From Eledone cirrhosa (taxonomy: Eukaryota), in contig OZ024743.1 in NCBI GenBank assembly GCA_964016885.1, forward strand, positions 308,698,001 through 308,762,000: DNA of 64,000 nt, written 5' to 3'. Below, piece after piece: positions 53,000 through 64,000 of the stretch. Position numbers and translations under genes: made by a program. A model generated the notes under the pieces. The model saw nothing but the letters and a program-made list of their open reading frames with translations. It made no database searches and was not told the DNA's origin. The number at the start of each line of letters is the position of its first letter. The first letter of the stretch is position 1.

Positions 53000-54895
53000 A
53001 ACCAAGTCGTACAGAATGGGGTTGTTCCGAAGGACTGGCATAGCAGCATCATCGTTAACTGTTATAAGGGTAAAGGAGACGCCCTAGATAGGAGTAACTA
53101 TAGAGGCATTAAATTAATCGACCAGGTCATGAAGGTCACGGAAAAAGTAATAGCGCAACTAATCAGAGAGAGAATTGACCTAGATGAAATGCAGTTCGGG
53201 TTTGTGTCAGGCAAAAGTACCACAGACGCTCTTTTCATAGTACGACAACTACAGGAGAAGTACCTAGCTAAAGGTAAACCCCTCTACTTAGCTTTTGTCG
53301 ACTTGGAGAAAGCCTTCGACAGAGTCCCCCGCTCCATTATCTGGTGGGCTCTTAGAAAACTAGGCGTTGACGAATGGCTTGTGAGGGCTATACAAGCCAT
53401 GTATAAAGAAACAGTCAGCAAGGTTAGAATTAACAACGAATATAGTGAAGAGTTTAGCGTAAAAGTTGGCGTCCATCAGGGCTCTGTTCTCAGCCCCCTA
53501 CTATTTATTATTGCCCTTCAGGCTATAACAGAGGAGTTCAAGACAGGCTGCCCATGGGAACTCCTATACGCAGACGACCTGACACTCATAGCGGAATCAA
53601 TGGCCGAGCTAGAGAAGAAATTCCAAACATGGAAGCACGGCCTAGAGTCAAAAGGACTTAAAATTAACCTGGCTAAGACCAAAGTACTAGTTTGTAGGAA
53701 AGAAAACAAGGCGGCGGTCCCTTCTGGGAAATGGTCGTGCTCGGTGTGTAGGAAAGGCGTAGGTAGAAACTCCATTTTATGTCCTAAATGCAAAGTATGG
53801 GTGCATAAAAGATGTAGTGGGATCACAGGTAAGCTAACTAAGAACATAGATTTTACATGTGGCCGGTGTTCTGGTGCAATAAGTAGCAGCAAGTGCCCAC
53901 AAAATACTAGCTCTTTCAATTGCGCAGAGGGTTCTATAGAAATAGTGGACGGCTTCCGTTACCTGGGCGATAAAATCAGCAGTGGGGGAGGGTGCTCTGA
54001 AAGTACTGTAGCTAGAGTCAGAACTGGTTGGAAAAAGTTCAGAGAGCTTATACCACTATTAGCTGCTAAAGGGTTCTCCCTAAAAATGAAAGGCAGGTTG
54101 TACGATGCCTGCATACGAACAGCAATGCTGCATGGCAGTGAGACCTGGGCATTGTGTGCAGAGGATATACGCAGACTAGAGAGGAACGAAGCTTGCATGC
54201 TCCGCTGGATGTGTAACAGTAATATACGTGAACGGCAAAGCATAAACGAACTAAGGAAAAAATTAGAGATAAGAGGGATCAGATGTTGTTTACTCGAGAG
54301 AAGGCTACGTTGGTAAGGACACGTGATGCGCATGAAAGTCGATAGCTGTATAACAAAGTGCAGGGCAATAAAGATAGACGGTAGTCACGGAATAGGCAGA
54401 CCTAGAAAAACCTGGGACGAGCTGATAAACTCCGACATCACACACTTACACCTCTCCAAGACAATGTCACTGGACCGAGACCTTTGGCGGTACTCAGTGA
54501 CAGAGAAGACCCGCCTTACCTAAATATATAGTATAACCTACTACAGCCAGTAGGCATCTCTAACAAAATACACCCCCCCCCCCATCCACACCACCCCGTT
54601 CTATGTAAAGTTATGTTGGTGCCGCGCCATCGAGGCCGAAACAAATGAGATCGTGTAGGTGTCACGACAAAAAAACACACAGTCCACGCTGTAATGTGGC
54701 CGTGTAGGCAACACGGTAAAAACCTCCCAGACCCACACTGTAAATGTGGTTGGTGTTAGGAAGGGCATCCAACTGTAGAAAACCTGCCAGACAGTCCTAT
54801 GCGAGCAAGACAATCACTCTTGCCTCAAGTGGGACTACCCCCGTCCAAACCCATGCAAGCGTGGAACACGGACGTTAAACGTTGATGATGATGAT
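53000..54895 (+). mobile_element. 5'-truncated RTE-type LINE family B (RT open to 54316)
   Basis: About 440 uninterrupted RT codons including YADD and the Cys/His insert, then 3' UTR and (GAT)n tail. Flanked on both sides by TA-rich microsatellite. Confidence 0.93.
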
Positions 54896-55100
54896 ATGTA
54901 TATCTATATATATGTATATCTATGTATATATATATATGTATATCTATATATATGTATATCTATGTATATATATATATGTATATCTATGTATATATGTATA
55001 TCTATATATATATGTGTATATATGTATATGTATATCTATGTGTATATATGTATATCTATATCTATATGTATATCTATGTGTATATATATATATGTGTGTA
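54896..55100. repeat. TA-rich low-complexity tract (partner tract at 52903-52999)
   Basis: Read directly from the sequence. Confidence 0.85.
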
Positions 55101-56375
55101 AAAGAAACATATTGGCTTAAAGTCCTATAAAATAGGATATAAATTGACCAATTGATATTTTTATTTTTATTTTGCTTTTATTGTGGCTCTTTTCACATAT
55201 TGATAATCTTGGAAATGAAATCTCCATCTGTTTGTTTTTATAGTATTTATTATTAGGACATTTGAAGAAATCAGTTAAAAAGACTATTTCAATATTTTTC
55301 ATTTAATTTCCCTTCCATTACTATTTTTTCTTTTATATGTCATCACGCAATGTACCATATTAACTAGAGACATTTCCAAAGTTCCAAACAAAGTCATCTT
55401 CTCATTTCAACAATCATTCCGTATTTTCGTTTTTTGATCAGTATTCAGTACCTCGAGCCTGGCAGTCTCTTTTCTCTTTCTCTTTCATATGTTCATACAC
55501 ATATGTGTATATACATACATACACAAATAGATACACACATACATACATACCTGAATAAATACATACATTTATACATACAGCAATAGATACAGATACATAT
55601 ATACATGTCAGTTGGTCATATTGGTGCCATCATAAAAAGCACCCAGTCCACGGAGTAAATGTGGTTGGTGTCAAGAAGGGCATCCAGCCATAGAAACCAA
55701 GCCTCAAACAGTTCTGTATGAGCAAGACATGGGCGCCTGATCTGACTTGTCTCACAAGGAGACATCTTGTCTAACCCATGCTAGTGTTGAAATGGGGATG
55801 TTAAATGCTGATGATGGTGATATATACACACACACATATATATACTCATACATACATACATAATGGCTGCATCTTAATTTTTGAGAATTGCCATCCTTTG
55901 ACCTTTTTCTCACACGAGTGACATAAATAGACTTTTTAGCCCTGTTAAGGACTTAGGTTCCTTTCTGCATATGCTACAGCAAAAGAAAAAAGAAAAGGCC
56001 ATGTTCATCCAACACACATGAAAGTCATTTAGATCAAGTGATGCCTGTGTTTGAAGCCATTTTAAGTGAAGAAAGGCCTTAAATTCGACCAATTCCACAC
56101 TCTGTTCAACAGTGACAGGTATCCATAATGAGGAACAGGTTAAAATCATTGGCTGCCATTGAGTCAGGTTTTACATCAGTTTTTCTTCTAGAATGATTTA
56201 ATAAAAACTAAGAGACCCTCACTTCCAGTGGGCTAACCATGTGCTCGAACACAAAATCGAGTATTTCCATGTCCCCATGCATACATACATACACATACAC
56301 ACAGATATATATATATATATATATAGTGTGTGTGTGTATATGTATACTTGCATTTATATATATATATATAATGAA

Positions 56376-56741
56376 GGCACATGGCTTAGTGGTTAGAGCA
56401 TTGGGCTTGCAATCGAAAGATTGTGAGTTCAATCTCAGACCGGAGTGATGTGTTGTTTCCTTGAGCAAGACACTTTATTTCACATTGCTCCAGTTTACTC
56501 AGCTGTAGAAATGAGATGATAGGGACTGGAGTCCCTATCATTCCACTGCAAAGTGGTCGTGGAGCTGCACTCACTGTAAATGAGGTTGGTGTTAGGAAGG
56601 GCATCCAGCTGTAGAAATCAAGCCAGAATCAGTTCCCATATGAGCAAGAGAAGGTCAGCTGTCCGGACACTGCCCACAACAGGACAACCCGTCTAACCCA
56701 TCCTAGTGTGGAAGAACGGACGTAAAACGGTGATGATGATA
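56376..56741 (+). mobile_element. CORE-SINE with tRNA head and RTE family A 3' tail
   Basis: A box TGGCTTAGTGG, B box GAGTTCAATC, MIR-like CORE (ccttgagcaagacactt...cagtttactcagctgtagaaatg). The tail matches about 41115-41381. Confidence 0.83.
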
Positions 56742-57346
56742 TATATATATCACACATACACACTCACGGGACATACACACACACACATATATATATATAT
56801 ATACATTAATATTTATAATAGGTTTTGTATTAGTAATCTTCTCCATAGGTTCTTGTATTTCTCTATTATGGAAGGCAATCATTTATTTCTTTACTTTGCT
56901 ATTTGATGACATTTTAGAAAAAAAAACTATTGCTGTTGATATTGCATTTAATAGTCACCCCATTTTAGAATCTATTTCATGATGGTACTGACATCGATAG
57001 AATTACTCTAATACTAAGCTAGATTGATTTGCAAAACCCATTTGAATTCTGATTAGCTAAATTCATACCTTAGTCACTTAACCTATTCCTGTCTAGACGG
57101 AATGTCTCAAGATTCTGTAGCTATGATAAATGTAGTTTTGTAGAGATAATGTCTGAGGTCTATCATATTTATTGTAGATTGTAAGGTTGTAAGTTTGATT
57201 CCCGTTAGAATGTTGTCCTTCAGCAAGACATTTTATTTAACTTTGCTTCTATCCACTCAATTGGCAAGTCAATAGGCCAGAGCTGTCACATACTGTGTCA
57301 TGTTTAATCTCCCTAAGAGTTATGTCCAACATGATATAAGAGATAA

Positions 57347-57531
57347 GTGTTTCTACATTTGGCACAAAGCCAGCAATTACCCAGTACATTACTGGTACTT
57401 TATTTTATCGATCCCATAAGGATGAAAGGCAAAGTTAACCTCGGAGGGATTTGCACTCAGTCTGTAAAGGGACGTAACTATGCTGGAAAGCATGGTGTCC
57501 AACTCTCTACCGATACTGCCAATCCTCTGAC
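57347..57531 (-). mobile_element. Same SINE family, complete copy
   Basis: Homologous to 26717-26904. TSD ATAAGAGATAA at 57336-57346 and 57532-57542. Confidence 0.82.
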
Positions 57532-57787
57532 ATAAGAGATAATACAACATAGTTCTCTTCTTTATCTAAACTAAACATGTCTCTTATATTTACAAACCTC
57601 CATCAAATTATCTATAAACATATGGAACATTTGAGTAAGCCTGGGTTCTTTGACCACTCTAGTCTAGAACCTATGCCAGCATGGAATACAGACTTAAAAT
57701 AAGAGGGATACTGTTTATGAAAGCTTTGCATTTTTAATGAACAAATCAACCAATTAATTTGTTAATCACCCGTCTGAAGAAAATGTA

Positions 57788-58055
57788 TTAACCCATTCAT
57801 CACCATATTTCTAATGAAAGACACTGTCTATGTCATTAACCCTTTCATTACCATATTTTTAGAAATACACTATGTTTAACCTTTTCATTTCCATAATTCT
57901 AATGAAAGACATTGCCTATGTCATTAACCCTGTCATTATCGTATTTCTAATGAAAGACACTGCCTATGTTTAACCCTTTCATTACCATATTTCTAATGAA
58001 AGACACTGTCAAAAATTTACAAATCCTTTCATTACCACATTTCCAATGAAAAACA
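57788..58055 (+). repeat. Degenerate tandem repeat of about 45-48 bp, about 6 copies
   Basis: Unit close to ttaaccctttcattaccatatttctaatgaaagacactgcctatgtca. Confidence 0.75.
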
Positions 58056-58520
58056 GTTTATAATTTTTAAACAACTTTGGAAATAATAAACAATTTGGCG
58101 ACCTTAGTCATATAATTAATTTTCTCATTATTAACACTTAATAGTTCCACATCAGTGCTATATGTCATCAATTTGGAATTGGTCTGGTTGATGCTTTTAT
58201 TGGGATAATTGGAATTGTGAACCATATATCTTTCCTATCAAACACTCAACTTGTGGTCTCTTAAAAATCTCTCTGGAGCGTGTGTTACTTAGAAAGAGAA
58301 ACCAAGGATACTCCAATGGTAGATGGCGAGATCAGTTCCTAAAATAGTCTCAAAGTCAATCAAGGACAGAACTGAATGCAATCACAACAAATAGGAATAG
58401 TGGAAGAAATATTTTCATGGTATTTCGTACTCTGCTGTAAGTGGAAATAATGATTAAGATATGTCTTTCCCATGAAATATACCATGAATGAGACTCTTTT
58501 GACTGTTAAATTACTGCCAC

Positions 58521-58793
58521 TTCATAGGCTGACTTACTATAGGTATTAACTCTTCCCATTACATAGGCTGACTTACCCTGGATAATAACTCTTCCCATTT
58601 CATAGGCTGACTTACCCTGGATAATAACTCTTCCCATTTCATAGGCTGACTTACCCTGGATAATAACTCTTCCCATTTCATAGGCTGACTTACCCTGGAT
58701 AATAACTCTTCCCATTTCATAGGCTGACTTACCCTGGATAATAACTCTTCCCATTTCATAGGCTGACTTACCCTGGATAATAACTCTTCCCAT
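58521..58793 (+). repeat. 39-bp minisatellite, 7 copies
   Basis: Unit ttcataggctgacttaccctggataataactcttcccat. The first copy is diverged; the others are nearly identical. Confidence 0.95.
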
Positions 58794-59561
58794 TTCATAC
58801 CATGAGTATTAACTCTTTCATGACCTTATTTCTAATGGAATATACTGCATTTCAATTAATTAATGAAGAAATTGGAAGGAATTATTAAATTATTAATTGT
58901 TTCATTATATTTGTAACATACATGTCTTTAAAAAAGGTTCTTATATCAAATTATGCTGGAAGGTTTTAATTTAAAAGGGAATCTTTTAAAATGGGTGGTT
59001 TTGCTTTATAGAAACAGTTGGTGGTATCAAGAGGTGAAGTGTTAGTTGCTCTAAATTGTACCCATACCCTATTTAAGAGTTCCCTGTTTGAAACCAACAA
59101 AGGAATTAGAAACAAATTAGTAAAAGCTTTCTTCTTTTTTATTTCTATAGAATTCGCATCATTTATTTTGCATGATTTAGTTTAGACCAATCCCTTAATT
59201 GCAATATAGTTCCTTGGTAAATAACTGGCACCCTTAAAGAAATCAGACAAACCCACCTAATGTTGTTATATTAGAGCTCTTATTCTTATTTGTAAAATCA
59301 GCTTTTAGCCATGAGAATGTTTCCCTAGTAATGTTAAAAGATATTAAGATGTTCTGTTTGGTCATCTTGGTAATGCCTTTATTATTATTATTATTATTAT
59401 TATTTTTTAAGTGTTAAATACCTTTAAATACCTTTTTACCCTGTGTGTTAGTGTGTGTGTGGCGTGTATTGTCTCTTTCATATTTTTGATTGATATAAGT
59501 CTTACTAAAACAATATTTTGATATTTTTTTGTTTTCCTCTTCCATGTTTTCCCTTCTACAG

Positions 59562-59606
59562 AGCGCTCCCATTCTGAAGATGAATACGACTACAGGTGGA
59601 AACGAT
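59562..59606 (+). CDS. ARHGEF7: Short (45 nt) exon of ARHGEF7/beta-PIX-like gene
   Basis: Long polypyrimidine tract and ctacag acceptor. Phase 1 continues the previous exon to give ERSHSEDEYDYRWKR, similar to PIX ERKPSDEEF. Donor is most likely T|gttagt at 59607; a weaker alternative is AG|gtggaa at 59596. Confidence 0.7.
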
Positions 59607-60731
59607 GTTAGTACGGCAAGAAGCTCTTAGTACTCACCTGCGTGTCAGCGGACATACTCCGCATCATTTCTTCTCCCTTGACCTTTGCATGCTTTTTACA
59701 TGTTGTACTTGATACTCCTCCCACCACTACCACTACTACTATTACTACTACTACTACTACTACCGCTACTACTACTTCATTTGTCTTTCTTTATCTTCAC
59801 TGTTTCTATCACTTCATACTTCACACACTGCACATCATTGTTGTCATTATTTGGTCATCAGTCTAGCTTCTTCTATTTTCTCTGGGTTTTAAACTTTCTA
59901 TAGAAACTTTGAATTATATTAACTTCAACTATTTGGGAGTCTTATGTGTCAAGCAATTGAGTGATCACAGTTCTGATACTACGGCCATGTATTTAGAATG
60001 TCTCAGGAAAGAGTTGCTAGGCAGATTTTACAGGCAAAATCAACTGGCAGGGGTCCCAGTGGTGAACCATGAGCAAGATCCATGAGTAACATCCATGAAA
60101 TCAGATGGTCTCATTTGGAGATCCAGCTGGATTAACTGGAGACAGTTGTTTCTGATTGGACCACTGGAAGGCGTTTTTGAGGACTCTTCCCCCAAGACAC
60201 TCTCAGGAATAAGCGGGCGAAGAAGAAAAGGGTTGAAATGACAGCAATTACATTGTGGAAGAGTTATTTTAGTCGTTCAGGAACACACAAGGGCTATTAA
60301 ACTCACCTTGCAGTTATTTATTTTTTGATCTCAAAATTTTTGTCACACTGTTTGCGACATGGCCACTGTTGAAGTTTAGATTTACATTAGAGAGGTCCTT
60401 TAACTGTGCAATATTGTTAGCTCCTTGGAAAATAATTGGCACTCTTAAAGAAAGACACTGCCTATAATTTTCAAATCTTTTTAATTCAGAATTTGGACAG
60501 ATTTAGTAATAACTTTCTCATTATTGTATTGGTATTTTGGACAAAACTTAATAAAAGTTGCTACATAAAATTAAGATGGAAGGGTTGTAGATAAATACAG
60601 TTTTGTATCATGAGAACCAACTTCAGTTTCAGGTAGTTTGGTATCAAAAGACTTAATTAGCAGTGCGACAAAAATTTTGACACCAAGAAATAAATGGAAA
60701 ATGAATTTAATTTCTTTTTTGTTTTTGTATA

Positions 60732-60762
<31 letters not shown>

Positions 60763-60847
60763 TTTAATGGCTAAACTGAATCTTTCATGGGGTAAAAACT
60801 ATATTCCCTGGCATTATGTCTTTGACACAATTTTTCTGTTATTTTAG

Positions 60848-61377
60848 AATAATAAAAATTATTGTGTACAGTGCTCAGGTGCACTACAACTCATCAAAGG
60901 TGCATGTATAGTACATAGAATAATGTACAAATGTCAGGAAAGAGAACAAAAAAATGTATGTCATGATATACACACAGATACATACGTGCGTCTGTATGGA
61001 GCGGGGAATATCAGGTGTAGTGTTGGCGAATTTTGGGAAGCATGGAGGTTCTGAAGGAGGCAGTGTCCCGGCAGCTAACAACTGATGCAGGTACTTTGTT
61101 CCATGCTTCAGCAACTCTGAGCATGAAAAAAAAATGTTTCTGAAAGTCATGGGAGCTGTGTTGTTTCTTGACTCTGTAAGCATGCCCATGGGTGTTAGAC
61201 ATGGAATTCAAAAAGGTGCTTAGGGTTGTTGTTTGCAAGATGGTTAATAATTTTGTGGGTGTCTACCAAGTCAGTTGCCAGACGTCGGAGCTTCAATATA
61301 TCCATGCCCAGGGAAGCAAGGCATTCAGAGTATGGTAGATGCCTGATGGAAGGTATTCGCTTGGTTGCACGTCTCTG
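60848..61377 (-). mobile_element. CR1-type LINE 3' fragment
   Basis: SVQRRATKRIP..RHLPYSE.L..L....L..RR...DL...KI, GH, and RVAEAWNKVPASVV are typical CR1 ORF2 C-terminal motifs. AAT-rich tail. Confidence 0.82.
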
Positions 61378-64000
61378 AACTGAATCTTTCATGGGGTAAA
61401 AACTATATTCTCTGGCATTTTATGTCTTTGACACCATTTTTATGTACTTTATAATTTTTTTTTTTATTCCATTCAAAAAAATTTATTTTCAATAATAAAC
61501 AAATGACATACCTGCTAATTAAGCGCACCTTTCGTGCCAGCAACAAACTACTTGGAACACCTTAGTTTTACATATCTAGGGAAAAATTTTAATTTATTTC
61601 AATGTTTTTTAATAGGATGTAATTTTTACTAAACATAACTACTATTACTAACATGACTATATGTTAGAAACTAAAAGCAACATCTACTACTATTACTACT
61701 ACTTCTAATCATGTCTATAAGTTAAAAACTAAAAGCCACTACTACTACTACTTCTTATATCATGACTATAATATGCTTTCTGATTTAGGCACAAGGCCAA
61801 CAATTTTGGGAGGGGAAAGTTGATTAAATCAACCCCAGAGCGTTACTGGTTCTTTATTTCATTGACCCCATAAGGATGAAAGGCAAAGCTAACCATGACA
61901 GGATTTGAACTCAGAATATAAAGGGACGTAACTGTATGCCACACATCATGTTGTCCCACACTCTATTGATTACTGCCAATCCACTGCCCTAATACATAAC
62001 TATAATATTCAAGTTTTGTAGCTGACGGCATGTCATTAGGTAAGCTCTGATCATTGAAAGAAAAAGTGGGAAAAAAAAGGAAATAATTTTTAACATTTTA
62101 GTAAGGGTTTCACATAATTGATTTTGACAATGGAAAAAAGAAATGAAATAGAATTAAAAATGTAACAAAAACTAGTTTGGTTAAATTAATTTAATGAAAT
62201 ATTATAAAACTAACACTGTCTAATGGTATGTTGGTGGTGCATGGTTTCAATATCTCTGTGTCAGTGTATGAGTATGTGCGGTAAATAGCATGAATTTTAT
62301 TTATACTTGTGTGTGGATGTGTATATGTATGAGTGTGTTTAATTTTTATTAACTTTGGCAATGATATAGCTAATGATTGCATCATGGTACATTAGTGCAT
62401 GGTTTAAATGTGTGTATGTGTGTTTGCATGCACAAATACAATATAATACATTTATACATGTCTGAATATGTGTGCAGTTTTTAAACTTAGGGTTTGCATC
62501 ATGTTGTATTGGTTCATGACTTAGTGTGTGTGTATGTATATATATATATGTGTGTGCGAGCAAATAACATGTAATATCATCATACACATGAATGTGTGAG
62601 TTTGTGTGTGCAATTGTGTGCAGAAAACATGTAATACAATCATACATGCATGGAAGATAGACGTTAAACGATGATGATGTGAGTGTGCATATGCAAATAA
62701 CGTAATGCAATCCTACAAATATATATACGTGTTGTGTCAATGTGTGCAAATAACATAATACAGTCAAACAAATATAAGTGTATATGTGTGTGTTTGTGTG
62801 TGTGCGCAATGTTATTATATAACTGTTCTCTGATATAGCTAATCATTGCATCATATTAGAACTTCAATCAAATAATAATGGCATTAATACAGTTTATTGT
62901 TGCAGGGACTTCTGTATTGCACTGCTGCTTCAGTATGTTATTCCACTTCTTCATTCAACCATCCATCTATCCATTCATTCATTTATTCATTTCTCTTTGG
63001 CAAATTATTTGTCTGACAATAGTTTCTACCTGTTAACCCTTTTGGTACCAAATTACCTGAAACTATCCTTTTTTTCTACAATACAAAGCTGTATATTTTA
63101 AATGTTTGTATTTTATCTGAATGTTTTCTCTCATAATTTTATGTTCGAACCTTTAAATTTGGCTCTAAACACTAACTTAATATGAAAAAAAAATTAGTTA
63201 TATTACGAAGTTCTTTATTATTTTTCAAAATTATTTGAAAATCATTGGTAACGTCTGTCACTGAAAATAAAAAAACTTGGAGAGATTTAGTAATATCACT
63301 AACTTTCTCATTATTAAGATGGTGTTTGGAACATAGCAAAAGTTCTTGCATAGAATGTGTGCTGAAAGAGCTTTGACAATCAACAAATGAACAACCATCT
63401 GGTTATTAAACTGACTGGGAAATTATAAATAATAAATTGAAGTGAAACCCTTACATATAGAAATTTAGATAAATATAAACACTTCAAGATAAGCAGCTTC
63501 ATATTATAGAGCCAAGAATTTGTCAAAAAGTTGGTGAGAGCAGCTAGCATGGCTTAAGTGGATGGGTTTACTCTCATCATGTGCCTGTAAACTAGGGGGA
63601 ATGCAGCTGGGAAAGAGCACATACTCTTGATAGTCTAACTGATCCTGGGTCTGTTGTATTTCTGTGGTTGTCCTCCATATTGAGGTGGAAACCATTTTAT
63701 GGTTGATATTATAGTGTTACCTGATCTGGTTATTTTTTCACTTAATGTAAACTCTTTAATCTTTATTTCACATTGCTCCTTCTACCTGGAGTTGCGACCA
63801 ATAGAGAGTATTATCAATTGGAAAGACCAATGGAAACATTGTTTCCTCGGTCCGATTTGACGAAAGTCGATCGACTATATATATATATATACATACACAC
63901 ACACACTCTGGGCTGCTGCAGCTTCCGTCTACCAAATTCCCACTCACAAGGCGTTGGTCAACTTAAGGTTTTTAGCAGAAGTCACTTGCTCAAGGTGCTA

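Noticed and set aside
52636-54895. Twin-priming 5' inversion of a single LINE insertion
   Set aside because: The inverted piece duplicates sequence also present in the sense copy and differs from it at several bases; twin priming gives non-overlapping segments.
56376-56450. tRNA gene
   Set aside because: A and B boxes are present, but there is no convincing cloverleaf and it runs into the SINE CORE and LINE tail.
58506-58798. Repeat-protein ORFs (MGRVIIQGKSAYE)n and (MKWEELLSRVSQP)n
   Set aside because: Open frames follow from a stop-free 39-bp unit; no other coding evidence.

Overview
AT-rich metazoan DNA, probably a cephalopod such as Octopus (inferred from the CORE- and Nin-type SINEs, RTE LINEs and microsatellite load). 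The window is almost entirely intronic sequence of a + strand ARHGEF7/beta-PIX-like RhoGEF gene. Three phase-compatible exons are visible (11947-12071, 50160-50364, 59562-59606), separated by introns of about 38 kb and 9 kb. The introns hold a young, structurally complete CsRN1-type Ty3/Gypsy LTR element (264-bp LTRs, AAGT TSD, -1 frameshift site), a Helitron helicase remnant, a BovB-like RTE remnant, several copies of three related RTE-type LINE families, a HERO-type RLE non-LTR element with an 18-bp TSD, a DD37D (maT) transposon, a CR1 3' fragment, SINEs, TTAA MITEs and two conspicuous minisatellites. The most unusual signals are: a C4HC3 PHD-type finger inside the reverse transcriptase of all three RTE-type families; a shared 3' stem-loop with tail swapping between SINEs and LINEs; about 29 tandem copies of a SINE 3' hairpin; a 39-bp array carrying U1-5'-end-like motifs; a candidate hammerhead ribozyme; and inverted LINE pairs around a host exon. 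No prokaryotic-type system or CRISPR array is supported. All calls are by eye, without database searches.
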